NCBI GenBank assembly: GCA_964478775.1
Contig: CAYZJC010000003.1
Span: 27,977 to 81,421 of the forward strand
Direction of reading: 5' to 3'
Origin: an uncultured Verrucomicrobiales bacterium
Lineage (GTDB): Bacteria; Pseudomonadota; Alphaproteobacteria; Paracaedibacterales; CAIOTO01
DNA: 53,445 nt
Numbering within the stretch: position 1 is the stretch's first letter; each line of letters begins with the position of its first letter. Of this stretch, positions 1-9,214 are shown piece after piece. The position numbers and the translations under genes were made by a program. The notes beneath the pieces were generated by a model. That model was not told the origin of the DNA. It worked only from the letters and a program-made list of their open reading frames with translations, and searched no databases.

Positions 1-79
1 CTAAAGGCCCTCATGTAAGAGTAAAAACACTACCATTCAAATCAGAAATAACATTAGTTTTAACAAACTGGCACCCAAA

Positions 80-775
80 ATGAACAGACTCTCCATTAAA
101 AAAGGCATGGAAAAAATCTTTTCAAAGCAAGCACTTGTAGAATTTATTAAAACTCTCGTCAAAAGCATTGTGTTGGTATTTGTGGTGGCTCTCCTTTTTA
201 AAAACAACACTAAAGAGATCAAAACATGGACAAGCCTTACAATTTCCAGAACACTTAGCATCACAGAAGGTCTTATTCTTAAAATTTTTATTCTGCTTAT
301 AATCTTGTTTTTTGTCATAAGCGCCGGAGACTATCTCTATCAATATTTTCAATTCATGAAGAAGATGAAAATGACAAAGCAGGAGGTAAAAGATGAACAT
401 AAAGAAACAGAAGGAGATCCTGAAATCAAGCAGAGGATTCGAAGATTAAGACAAGAAAGAGCCAATAATAAAATGATGGCAAATCTCCCCAATGCGACTG
501 TTGTTATTACAAACCCCACTCACTTCTCAGTCGCACTGCAGTTTAATGAAGAAACACTGGACGCACCACGTGTCATTGCAAAAGGACAAGACCATATGGC
601 GCTCCTCATTCGAAAAATCGCAAAATCCCATGATATACCCATTATTGAAAACCCTCCTATCGCGAGAGATTTATTTGCAAGAGTAGACATCAACCAAGAA
701 ATCCCTGAAGATAGCTATAAAGCTGTTGCAGAAATCATCCGCTTTGTTCTAAAACTTAAAAATCAACCTTTTTAA
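80..775 (+). CDS. flhB: Flagellar export gate protein FlhB, C-terminal ~2/3 (TM3-TM4 plus cytoplasmic autocleavage domain); N-terminal ~100 aa not in this frame
   Basis: 'GMEKIFSKQALVEFIKTLVKS' matches the FlhB LNPxxGxKRxFS region. Two hydrophobic helices follow, then 'GDPEIKQRIRRLRQE', the NPTH autocleavage motif in 'VVITNPTHFSVAL', and 'APRVIAKGQDHMALLIRKIAKSHDIPIIENPPIARDL'. The frame is open upstream only to a TAA at 2-4. Confidence 0.8.
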   Translation: MNRLSIKKGMEKIFSKQALVEFIKTLVKSIVLVFVVALLFKNNTKEIKTWTSLTISRTLSITEGLILKIFILLIILFFVISAGDYLYQYFQFMKKMKMTKQEVKDEHKETEGDPEIKQRIRRLRQERANNKMMANLPNATVVITNPTHFSVALQFNEETLDAPRVIAKGQDHMALLIRKIAKSHDIPIIENPPIARDLFARVDINQEIPEDSYKAVAEIIRFVLKLKNQPF

Positions 776-1681
776 GTTTTGAGTTCCCCACCATACAGTG
801 TACACCACCACACTCACAATCAAAAGCGTGGTGCCATACAATACAGAAACCGTAACTACTTCTTCATTTGACACACCAAAGACAGCCATCATAGAAATAA
901 AAGCATACTCACGTATCCCCCAGCCCGCAAAAGAAATAGGCAAGAAAGTTAGAACACACACAACAGGCATTAAAAACAATATAGCCGCTAGCGAAACATT
1001 CATTTGCAAATCATGGCAGAAAATTGCAATAGGCAAAAACAAAAGAATTGTTGCCACAGTGGATGCAAGCCAAAAATAAAAAGAAGGTATGAAAAGTGTT
1101 GTTTTAAGTAACACAACTATATGGTAGATAAGTGATTCCTTCACATTCCCTCTCGTTACCCACCACAATAAAACACACATGAAAAAGGCGCAAAAGATAT
1201 AACCAACACAAGACCACATCCACCAAGGGTCAACAGCAATAAAAGGCCATATAACAAACAAAGAAGCAGCAGCAAGCAGCCCCATTACAAACAGTCCAAA
1301 CACTCTATCCACAAGTACAGCTGCTGTAGCTTTAATGGCACTTAGTCCTCGTGTAGAGAGTGCATACACTTTATAAACATCGCCGCCAACGGAAGACGGC
1401 AATACTTGACTAAAAAAATTTCCCCGAACAGACAAATCAAAAACTGTCTTAAAGGGAATATCTACCACTTGAAGAACAATTTTATACCAGCGATAAACGA
1501 ACAACACATAACATAAACACACGCAAAAGCAAGACAGAGCAAAAGCACCAAGGCTTACTTTTGCTAAAACAAATTGCATATTCCTAACATCAATTGTTTT
1601 AAATAAAAAAAACAATACAAGAACACTAAATATAATCTTCAACACAAAAGGTAAAATTGTTTTAATTGGAAAGGATCTCAC
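749..1681 (-). CDS. Lysylphosphatidylglycerol-synthase-TM / flippase-like (UPF0104) integral membrane protein
   Basis: 310 aa, polytopic and hydrophobic. The motif 'RGNFFSQVLPSSVGGDVYKVYAL' is typical of the LPG_synthase_TM family. Its start overlaps the uppP stop by 4 nt, consistent with an operon. Confidence 0.55.
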   Translation of the reverse strand: MRSFPIKTILPFVLKIIFSVLVLFFLFKTIDVRNMQFVLAKVSLGAFALSCFCVCLCYVLFVYRWYKIVLQVVDIPFKTVFDLSVRGNFFSQVLPSSVGGDVYKVYALSTRGLSAIKATAAVLVDRVFGLFVMGLLAAASLFVIWPFIAVDPWWMWSCVGYIFCAFFMCVLLWWVTRGNVKESLIYHIVVLLKTTLFIPSFYFWLASTVATILLFLPIAIFCHDLQMNVSLAAILFLMPVVCVLTFLPISFAGWGIREYAFISMMAVFGVSNEEVVTVSVLYGTTLLIVSVVVYTVWWGTQNLKRLIFKF

Positions 1682-2475
1682 TTAAAACACCCCAGTGCCA
1701 GTAATAACAAACCAAAGGCTATCCTATAAATTGCAAATGGGGCCAATGTATAATTCACCATTAATCGCCATGCTAAAGGCAAAAGCAACACATTAATAAA
1801 AAAAGTAGCTACTATTGCAGGCCATACATACACAACATCCCCCAATGTATTTTCCTGCCACATTTGCCAAAAAGAAAGCGCGCAGGCCCCCAACAAAACA
1901 GGTATAGCCATCACAAAGGAAAATCGAACGGCCTCACCTCTATTCACACCAGCCATTCTCGCAGCCGTCAAACAACTTCCTAACCGACTTGCACCAGGAA
2001 TAAAGGCCATGACCTGTCCAAGACCCATCAACAACATACCCCTATTGCTTAAAAAACTATTTCCACCAAACCGATCAGCCGCCCACATAATTGCCCCAAA
2101 GAAAATAAAAACGTAGCCATATCGCGTTAATGATATATCTATCACCACATATTTTTTAACGAAGTAACCAACAAGAATTGACGGCACTGTGACGAGCACA
2201 AGCATCATCGCAATCCTAAAACCTGGGTTGTCTCCTTGCAAAACAGCTGTTGGTTTTTTAATTGCTTGCCATGTGCCCATCATGCACAAAACCATTGTTT
2301 TCCAAAAGCATAAAATATAAGCCAATAATGTTCCAAGGTGTAAGGCTACATCAATATTTTTTCCCATTTCAGGGTAATTAAACCAAGCAGATAAAATATG
2401 GATATGCGCACTAGAACTTATAGGTAATAATTCCCCCACCCCTTGTAGAATTGACAAAAAGAATAAGTACATCAT
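1678..2475 (-). CDS. uppP: Undecaprenyl-diphosphate phosphatase
   Basis: The N-terminal 'ILQGVGELLPISSSAHIHIL' is the UppP/BacA signature. 265 aa, polytopic. 'IPGASRLGSCLTAARMAGVNR' is the second conserved motif. Confidence 0.85.
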   Translation of the reverse strand: MMYLFFLSILQGVGELLPISSSAHIHILSAWFNYPEMGKNIDVALHLGTLLAYILCFWKTMVLCMMGTWQAIKKPTAVLQGDNPGFRIAMMLVLVTVPSILVGYFVKKYVVIDISLTRYGYVFIFFGAIMWAADRFGGNSFLSNRGMLLMGLGQVMAFIPGASRLGSCLTAARMAGVNRGEAVRFSFVMAIPVLLGACALSFWQMWQENTLGDVVYVWPAIVATFFINVLLLPLAWRLMVNYTLAPFAIYRIAFGLLLLALGCFK

Positions 2476-3662
2476 TTTCTATTCACCTTTACTATAAAAT
2501 TTTCATAAATATCAACCAGACACGCAAGGTCACTTAAGCGAACATGCTCATCTCTTTTATGGGCTTGGGCACTCATTAAACCAAACTCTATCACTGGGCC
2601 CAACTCTTTTACAAAGCGTCCATCTGACGTTCCCCCAGTTGTGCTTAAAAGAGCATGCCGCCCTGTGTGCTTGAAAACAACATCCAGCAAGGTATCAACA
2701 AACAGATTGGGCTCACACACAAAAGGCTCTGCCCCAAAAGTGAACGAAAATGTGTATTTAATCTTTTTTTTCTCACACAAGGGGGAAACAATATTTTGAA
2801 GGTCATCACTTAAAGTTTGAAAGGAATGCTGCGGGGAAAACCTGATATTTCCTTTCGCTGTAATGTGTGAAGGTATTACGTTTCCAACACCATTTTCAAC
2901 ATCAACGGAAATGATTTCAAGGTGACTTGCATCAAAAGCAAAACCACCACTTACCTTTTCTTCATGACAACCGTCATCCCACTTCTCAGCTAAAAGCGCA
3001 TTTAACACTGTCAACATACACGGTATAGGGTTGTTAGCCTCTTTGGGGTAAGCAACATGCCCTCCAACACCTTCAAGGGTTAAAGAAAAACTCAAACTCC
3101 CTCGCCTTCCAACTTTGATCATTTCGCCCAAAGCAAAAGGGTTACTCGGCTCACCCACCAAGAACAAAGAAAACCTTTCACCTCTTTGCTTTAGCCAATC
3201 AACCATGCGGCGAATCCCGTGTTCTGCCGGGCCCTCTTCATCTGACGTTAACAACACACTCAAAGTGATAGGAACAGCAGGTCTGTCCCCCTCATTCTTT
3301 ATAAATCTCTCTAGTGCACATATATATGCCGCTATGGCCCCTTTCATATCAACAGCGCCTCTACCATACAAAACACCATCTTCTACGGTGGCTGAAAACG
3401 GGTCGTGCTTCCAGTGTTCTCTATCAGCAGCAGGCACAACGTCCACATGCCCAACAAAGCAAATGTGTATGGAATCCTCACCTGAGGGCACACAAGACCA
3501 TTTAGCATAAAAATTAGTCACATCATGGAAAGGAACGCACTCACACGAAAACCCCAAAGGCTCTAACCAAGAGGTAATTAAATCAAAGCAGCCCTCTTGT
3601 CTTGGGGTTACACTTTCAAGGCGCATTAACTTCCGCGCTTTTTCAACCACATCAGGCATCAT
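2472..3662 (-). CDS. dapE: Succinyl-diaminopimelate desuccinylase (M20 peptidase family)
   Basis: 'FVGHVDVVPA', 'GRGAVDMKGAIAA' and 'LLTSDEEGPAEHG' are M20/DapE metal-binding motifs. 396 aa. It lies adjacent to dapD. Confidence 0.85.
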   Translation of the reverse strand: MMPDVVEKARKLMRLESVTPRQEGCFDLITSWLEPLGFSCECVPFHDVTNFYAKWSCVPSGEDSIHICFVGHVDVVPAADREHWKHDPFSATVEDGVLYGRGAVDMKGAIAAYICALERFIKNEGDRPAVPITLSVLLTSDEEGPAEHGIRRMVDWLKQRGERFSLFLVGEPSNPFALGEMIKVGRRGSLSFSLTLEGVGGHVAYPKEANNPIPCMLTVLNALLAEKWDDGCHEEKVSGGFAFDASHLEIISVDVENGVGNVIPSHITAKGNIRFSPQHSFQTLSDDLQNIVSPLCEKKKIKYTFSFTFGAEPFVCEPNLFVDTLLDVVFKHTGRHALLSTTGGTSDGRFVKELGPVIEFGLMSAQAHKRDEHVRLSDLACLVDIYENFIVKVNRK

Positions 3663-3697
3663 ATTCTTTGTCTTTTCTTTTTACAAATACCCTTATT

Positions 3698-4591
3698 TTA
3701 CACGCGAAGCAAGTCATTGATTGACGTTTTAGCTTTTGTTTTCTCGTCTACCGTTTTAACAATAACAGCGCAGGCAAGTTGAGGCCTCGCCACTGCTAAC
3801 TCGCCCCCCTCACCTACGCGCGCAGGAATAGCCGGCATCACCCCCGGGACAACCACACTATAAGCTGGCACACGGCCATAAACAACTTCACCAGTGCTTC
3901 TGTTTACAATCTTTGTAGAAGCTCCTATAAAGACCCCCATCGCAATGACACTTCCCTTTTCAACAATCACACCTTCAGCAATTTCAGATCTTGCCCCAAT
4001 AAAACAATCATCTTCAATAATCACAGGGGTACTTTGCAGGGGCTCTAGCACGCCGCCAATACCAACTCCACCAGAAATGTGGCACCTCTTTCCAATTTGC
4101 GCGCATGACCCTACTGATGCCCAGGAATACACCATGGTTCCAGCACCAATAGAGGCCCCCACATTCACAAAAGAAGGCATCAAGACAACATTTTCGCCAA
4201 CAAAAGCCCCTCTCCGCACAATCGAACCAGGAACAGCTCTTATCTTAGCAGCAAAAAAATCTTCGCACTCAAAACTCTCAAACTTCAAAGGCACTTTATC
4301 GTACCACACAAAAGGCTCCCCTTCCCCACTTGCTTTATTTTTCCCAAGCAAGAAAGACAGCAAAATAGCTTTTTTAAGCCACACATTCACAGTCCAGACT
4401 CCAGATTTTTTTTCTGCAACTTTAAGCAACCCCTTATCCAAATCATCTAAGACCCTCTCAACCAAACTTAGCAAATGTCCCCTATCACTGTCAGGCATTT
4501 CCATTAACTGTTCTTTTTTATCAAATGCTTCGTTAATGGTTTGTGCGATATGGTTAACCAACGCGTCATTTGCATAAGTCCTTTTTGTCAT
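3698..4591 (-). CDS. dapD: 2,3,4,5-tetrahydropyridine-2,6-dicarboxylate N-succinyltransferase
   Basis: Left-handed beta-helix hexapeptide repeats ('[54 protein letters not shown]'). The ORF is open to 4627, but 'MTKRTYAND' at 4591 is the more plausible start. Confidence 0.85.
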   Translation of the reverse strand: MTKRTYANDALVNHIAQTINEAFDKKEQLMEMPDSDRGHLLSLVERVLDDLDKGLLKVAEKKSGVWTVNVWLKKAILLSFLLGKNKASGEGEPFVWYDKVPLKFESFECEDFFAAKIRAVPGSIVRRGAFVGENVVLMPSFVNVGASIGAGTMVYSWASVGSCAQIGKRCHISGGVGIGGVLEPLQSTPVIIEDDCFIGARSEIAEGVIVEKGSVIAMGVFIGASTKIVNRSTGEVVYGRVPAYSVVVPGVMPAIPARVGEGGELAVARPQLACAVIVKTVDEKTKAKTSINDLLRV

Positions 4592-4644
4592 TACAAAACT
4601 TCCTATCTTTTTATAAAAAAACCCCAAGGCATTGTACCGTGGGG

Positions 4645-4684
4645 CTAAAAAATAAACAAGGCCTGCAATTCACTGCAAAGCCTT
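4645..4684 (-). terminator. Possible rho-independent terminator downstream of hfq
   Basis: On the minus strand there is an imperfect hairpin (AAGGC..TGCA..TGCA..GCCTT, about 4658-4684) followed by a T-rich run. The run is the complement of 'aaaaaataaac' at 4647-4657. Confidence 0.4.
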
Positions 4685-4700
4685 TATTAACTTCTTTGAT

Positions 4701-5009
4701 TTAATTACTAAACTCTTCCTGATCCATCTCATCATCTTTGATCAGAACATCTTGCCCACTCTCAAGGCCATTATGGTGATCAAACAAAATAATTGATCCC
4801 TGCGGCATAATTGTTGATATAGCATGTTTGTACACGAGTTGCGAATGTCCTTCTCTGCGAAGCAGCATTGTAGATTGATCAAACCAAGTAACCACACCTT
4901 GCAACTTTACGCCATTAATCAAAAACACAGTCAACGGAGTTTTATTTTTACGCACATGATTTAAAAAAACATCCTGAACGTTAACGGGCTTCTCTCCGGC
5001 CATACTCAT
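4701..5009 (-). CDS. hfq: RNA chaperone Hfq
   Basis: '[59 protein letters not shown]' is the Sm1/Sm2 core of Hfq. 102 aa with an acidic C-terminal tail. Confidence 0.92.
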   Translation of the reverse strand: MSMAGEKPVNVQDVFLNHVRKNKTPLTVFLINGVKLQGVVTWFDQSTMLLRREGHSQLVYKHAISTIMPQGSIILFDHHNGLESGQDVLIKDDEMDQEEFSN

Positions 5010-5215
5010 TTTTCCTTTTTATATTTACTAAAATTTGATGATAATAACCATCTTTTCAATCTGCAAGCAAAAAATGCAAATCCACCCCTTTTTAATCCCC
5101 GCTCAACTATTGAAAAATAAAATTTCCAGGGAAAAAAACAATATAAATTTCATGTTTTTTAACTAGAGCTTAATCATCTGTAAGTAAACTACAGACAAAA
5201 CCTAAAGCTTATCAA

Positions 5216-7033
5216 TTGATTATGTCACACCATCCTGTTTTAAAAAAGCAACTTTTAAAAATAACGAATGCACTTCACCAAGGGGAAATGTTTTCTCTTG
5301 ATGAATTACTTTATCAGATTTCAAAAACATACAATGAAAATGACAATGAGTATAAAAAAATAAAAATAGAATTGTCTGAGCTTAAAAAATTATCAAAAAC
5401 GAGTGAACTTTTATCGCAAGCAAAAACAATCACCGAACTTCAAGAAAATGAAAAAAAATATAGGTCTTTGTATGAAATTTCTTCTGATGCGGTTTTGATT
5501 ATTGAAAATGAAAAAATTATAGACGGAAATCTTGCTGCACTTGATATGTTTGGCTACGAATCGATTGAAGCCCTCAAACAAGTTTCCTTGGAAGAATTGT
5601 GGCCGCGTGTAGATAAACACCAACAAGCGAATTCTCTGTACTCAGCTGTGTCAGACAAAAAAAGTAAGAAGGGCAGGGCATCTCAGCCCCTGTATCACTT
5701 TGAATGGGTTCACAAACGTCTCAATGGCGAACTTTTTCCTGCTGAAGTTATCTTATATAGCTTTGAAGTTTCGGGGCGTTATTTTATTCAAGCCGTGATT
5801 CGAGACATTACCCTTCAAAAGAAAATTGAAGAAAATTTGATTTTTGCAAAGGAAGCGGCTGAAAGTGAAAACAGAGCCAAGACAGATTTCCTTGCCAACA
5901 TGAGCCATGAAATCAGAACCCCCACCAATGCCATTATTGGGTTTTGTGACTTGCTCCTTTCCACCAAACTTGACACGTCTCAGCAAAACATGATCACCCA
6001 TCTGGGAGATGCTGCCAAGCTTTTGCTCACCATCATCAATGACATCTTGGTGTTTTCTTCATTAGAAGAGGGGGCGTTGGTTCTCAACAACGCCTCACTA
6101 AATCTCAATCATTTTTTTTCGTCCATCAACAGGATGGTGGAACCCTTGCTTTGCAAAAAAAGTCTTATTTTTCAAAATGACTTACCTCAAAACACTTACT
6201 GGGTTGCAGCTGATGAAGACCGTCTCAAACAAGTTGTTATTAATCTTGTAAGCAACGCTATTAAGTTTACAGAGTTTGGTTCTATTCAAGTGAAACTTGT
6301 GTGTTTACATGAAACCAGGACAAAAGCAAAGTTTCGCTGTGAAATTATCGACACAGGTGTTGGTATCTCTCCTGTGGTTCAAAAAAGAAAGTTACACCGT
6401 TTTCAACAAGGAGATATTTCTCTTACAAAAAAGCATCAAGGTACAGGTTTGGGGCTTTCTATTTGTAAAAACCTCATAGAACTCATGGGGGGGGAAATAG
6501 GGGTGATAAGTGCAATAGGGGAGGGGTCAACCTTTTGGTTTGAAGTTGAATTTGCAAAAACAAAACCAAGCATCCCTAACCAAGACGAAAAGTCTTCTGG
6601 TGAAAGATCAACTGCTCTCGTGGATATTATCACCCCTCCAGACCTCAGTGGTGTTAATATTTTATTGGTTGAAGATAACATAATTAATCAAACAGTGGCA
6701 CTTGGCATGCTTGCTAAAACAAAGGCGACAGTGACTTGCGTTGAAAATGGAAAGCTGGCTGTGGACACATTAAGGAAGCAAGACATCGATTTAGTCTTGA
6801 TGGATATCCACATGCCCATTATGGACGGCTACACAGCCACACAAAACATCAGATCGCTTAATGACGTTAATAAAAGCAAAACACCTATCATTGCGTTAAC
6901 AGCGAACGTCATGCAGCATGAAATTGAAATGTGTAAAACATCGGGGATGAATGACTACTTGGCAAAACCCATCATGATGAACAAACTCTTTCACCTTTTA
7001 GAACAATTTTCAAAAACCAAGCTAGACATTTAA
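5216..7033 (+). CDS. Soluble hybrid sensor histidine kinase / response regulator (coiled coil - PAS - HisKA - HATPase_c - REC)
   Basis: H-box 'FLANMSHEIRTPTNAIIG'. G-boxes 'DTGVGIS' and 'GTGLGLSICKNLIELMGGEIGV'. Receiver domain 'ILLVEDNIINQ...DLVLMDIHMPIMDGY...ALTANV...DYLAKP'. No TM helix is seen. The ORF-track start is TTG at 5216; the first ATG is at 5222. Confidence 0.85.
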   Translation: MIMSHHPVLKKQLLKITNALHQGEMFSLDELLYQISKTYNENDNEYKKIKIELSELKKLSKTSELLSQAKTITELQENEKKYRSLYEISSDAVLIIENEKIIDGNLAALDMFGYESIEALKQVSLEELWPRVDKHQQANSLYSAVSDKKSKKGRASQPLYHFEWVHKRLNGELFPAEVILYSFEVSGRYFIQAVIRDITLQKKIEENLIFAKEAAESENRAKTDFLANMSHEIRTPTNAIIGFCDLLLSTKLDTSQQNMITHLGDAAKLLLTIINDILVFSSLEEGALVLNNASLNLNHFFSSINRMVEPLLCKKSLIFQNDLPQNTYWVAADEDRLKQVVINLVSNAIKFTEFGSIQVKLVCLHETRTKAKFRCEIIDTGVGISPVVQKRKLHRFQQGDISLTKKHQGTGLGLSICKNLIELMGGEIGVISAIGEGSTFWFEVEFAKTKPSIPNQDEKSSGERSTALVDIITPPDLSGVNILLVEDNIINQTVALGMLAKTKATVTCVENGKLAVDTLRKQDIDLVLMDIHMPIMDGYTATQNIRSLNDVNKSKTPIIALTANVMQHEIEMCKTSGMNDYLAKPIMMNKLFHLLEQFSKTKLDI

Positions 7034-7040
7034 AAAACCA

Positions 7041-7409
7041 AGCTTAAAATTCTTATAATAATATATATATATAATAAGGTTGTTTTAGTTGTTGTGCTGT
7101 GGATAATGGGGATAACTTTTTTATCCACAGAGTTATCCACAGGAAAGATGTGTTAAAATGCGGAAGTTAAGAGGGGGGGATTTTGAACTGTTTTAATGTG
7201 AGACCTCAGTAAATGCAAGGCTTTCAAAAGATTTCTAACAGGTTGTTTTAATCAAAAAAGCCTTGATTAAAAAGGCTTTGGAAAAAGTTATCCCCAATAA
7301 CCCGAACAGGTCTTGAAGGTTGTGGATAACTAGCGACTTATCCACAAGGTGTTTTTTTATCCACAACAAAGGGAGGGTTATCAGAAACTTATCCACAGAC
7401 TTATCCACA
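7041..7409. other. Candidate chromosomal replication origin (oriC) or other DnaA-binding locus: AT-rich tract plus DnaA-box cluster
   Basis: There are eight perfect TTATCCACA 9-mers: 7098-7106(-), 7121-7129(+), 7133-7141(+), 7321-7329(-), 7338-7346(+), 7357-7365(+), 7389-7397(+) and 7401-7409(+). One-mismatch TTATCCCCA copies lie at 7107-7115(-) and 7288-7296(+). A nearly pure A/T 40-mer at 7041-7080 includes 'ataatatatatatataataa'. Confidence 0.7.
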
Positions 7410-7446
7410 AACTTTTTTGCCTGAAAGACATAGGGGAGGGAGTCTC

Positions 7447-8061
7447 TTATATATTCTCCCAGAGCGTCTTCATGTGTTCAAGCTTTTCTTTTTCAGCAGT
7501 CGCTTTTTGTTCAATCTCCTGTGCAAATTGTGCAAAGCGACTACTGCTTCTCAGGCAGTTTAGGAAATGGTCGATTTGTTCGGTGCGCATCTCTTGTGTG
7601 TCGATAGGGTTTCCAATAGTGTTTGCTGCATACTTACAAGGTGCCAGTTTGAGCATCAACAGATGGTCCCTAAACAAAAAGGGATATTGAAAAACAATGG
7701 TGCTACCTTCTTCTATGAGCAAATCATCATCATCAGTTATTAATAATTCAGAATAAATAGCAGCGCTTTTTTTGTTTCTCAGTTCATGTGGAGCGTTGTA
7801 ATTACCAGTGTCTGGTACTAGTGGGTAATCTCGCATGATGGGGGCTAATGCGTCAGGATTTATAATTTTATAGTGATTATAGCGCTGCACCACTCTTGCA
7901 TCATCAAATTCGAAAACAAAGTTTTGAACTGTTTCCACATAATTAATTACAGGTGGACGTGTGAGAAATAGCACATTGATAGCGTGTTCATCTTCAGCTG
8001 CCAACGCATGAGATGCAAGTGAAAATGTCGCAATACTTAATATTGATAATGTTCTTTTCAT
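7447..8061 (-). CDS. Hypothetical exported protein
   Basis: 204 aa. Signal peptide 'MKRTLSILSIATFSLASHALAAE'. No family recognised. Confidence 0.5.
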   Translation of the reverse strand: MKRTLSILSIATFSLASHALAAEDEHAINVLFLTRPPVINYVETVQNFVFEFDDARVVQRYNHYKIINPDALAPIMRDYPLVPDTGNYNAPHELRNKKSAAIYSELLITDDDDLLIEEGSTIVFQYPFLFRDHLLMLKLAPCKYAANTIGNPIDTQEMRTEQIDHFLNCLRSSSRFAQFAQEIEQKATAEKEKLEHMKTLWENI

Positions 8062-8239
8062 AAAAACCCTCCTTTTATTTTTTTAATAATTAAAAATACA
8101 ACTAAATAAAACAGGTGTCAATAGTTCTTTTGTTTTTAATTATAAAGACTTGCGAATTAAGGTCGTTAATTGACCACTGGTTACCTGTCGCGTTTTCTGA
8201 TAAAACTATAGCGAAGATACTTTAACGTAAATATTCCTA

Positions 8240-9214
8240 ATGCTTAAACCCAAACACATCCTGCCCGCGCTATATCAAAATCATGTAGAAGCTTTTTTAG
8301 AAATGATGGCGGCGCAGTTTCGTGCGAGCATCAATACGCTTGAAGCCTATAGGCGAGACCTTACAGATTTTTTATGTGCTGTTCACCCACTCGAAATGAC
8401 TTGCATTACCCATCAAGAGGTGAGTGATTACCTAACAGCGTTGCATGATAGACACTACACAGCCGCAACGGTTGCAAGGCGTTTGTCTTCTTTGCAGCGC
8501 TTTTTTTTGTTCTTGAAAGAAGAGGGCGTCATTGTGCAAAACCCACTGGTTCGTATACAGCGGCCTAAAAGCAGGAAGGCGTTGCCTTCTGTGATGACGC
8601 AAGAAGAGGTGTCTCGCTTAATAGATTCTATTACAGCAGATATCACCCCCCACTCTATTCGTTTGACAGTTTTTTTAGAAATGCTCTACAGTACTGGGCT
8701 GCGTGTCACTGAACTTATTTCTTTACCGCTTCGCTCTTTACTCTTTGACCCAAAGACCAAAAGCTTATCTGATACATTGATGGTGATAGGGAAGGGACGC
8801 AAAGAAAGAGTCGTGCATTTAAATGAGCCCACGCAACAAGCCCTATTAATTTATTTATCTGTAAGGCATGAATTTTTGCGTGTATCTGGCACAAAGGGTG
8901 ATAAGTGGTTATTTCCTTCAAGAAGTAAAGAAGGGCACCTCACGCGTCAACGCTTAGGTCAATTGTTAAAAGAACAAGCCCATGTGGCACAAATTAACCC
9001 AGAACTGGTTCACCCACATGCATTAAGGCATGCATTTGCAACACATTTGCTGCATAATGGCGCTGATTTGTTGGTGATACAAAAGTTAATGGGTCATGAA
9101 GACATTGCCTCAACACAAATCTACACACACATTACGGCTAATCAATTAGCAGAAATTTTAAACACACATCACCCTTTGTGTAGGGAAAATAATTATATAG
9201 AAAACCCAATTTAA
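8240..9214 (+). CDS. xerD: Site-specific tyrosine recombinase XerD
   Basis: N-terminal SAM-like domain 'NTLEAYRRDLTDF'. Catalytic region 'GLRVTELISL', 'HALRHAFATHLLHNGADLLVIQKLMGHEDIASTQIYTHI' (R..HxxR..Y). Confidence 0.85.
   Translation: MLKPKHILPALYQNHVEAFLEMMAAQFRASINTLEAYRRDLTDFLCAVHPLEMTCITHQEVSDYLTALHDRHYTAATVARRLSSLQRFFLFLKEEGVIVQNPLVRIQRPKSRKALPSVMTQEEVSRLIDSITADITPHSIRLTVFLEMLYSTGLRVTELISLPLRSLLFDPKTKSLSDTLMVIGKGRKERVVHLNEPTQQALLIYLSVRHEFLRVSGTKGDKWLFPSRSKEGHLTRQRLGQLLKEQAHVAQINPELVHPHALRHAFATHLLHNGADLLVIQKLMGHEDIASTQIYTHITANQLAEILNTHHPLCRENNYIENPI

Noticed and set aside
3894-4577. 227-aa ORF antisense to dapD; similar shadow ORFs lie at 50353-51006 (opposite clpX), 3115-3510 (opposite dapE) and 43913-44188 (opposite the COQ10-like gene)
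   Set aside because: The opposite strands encode proteins with unambiguous family motifs, and these ORFs have no motifs of their own.
7041-7446. Looked for CtrA boxes (TTAA-N7-TTAAC) in the putative origin
   Set aside because: TTAA pairs are present but with spacings of 10 and 15 nt, not 7. No CtrA site is claimed. A single GANTC (GAGTC, 7440-7444) is too little to argue for CcrM control.
7349-7690. 113-aa ORF on the + strand from the ORF track
   Set aside because: It begins inside the DnaA-box cluster, and its N-terminus is simply a translation of the repeated boxes. It overlaps the better-supported minus-strand exported-protein gene. It has no SD and no recognisable motif, so I treat it as spurious.
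8240-9214. Tyrosine recombinase as a possible marker of an integrated mobile element
   Set aside because: The sequence is XerD-like throughout. It is flanked by housekeeping or ORFan genes, with no tRNA target, direct repeats or phage/plasmid genes. I interpret it as the chromosomal dimer-resolution recombinase.
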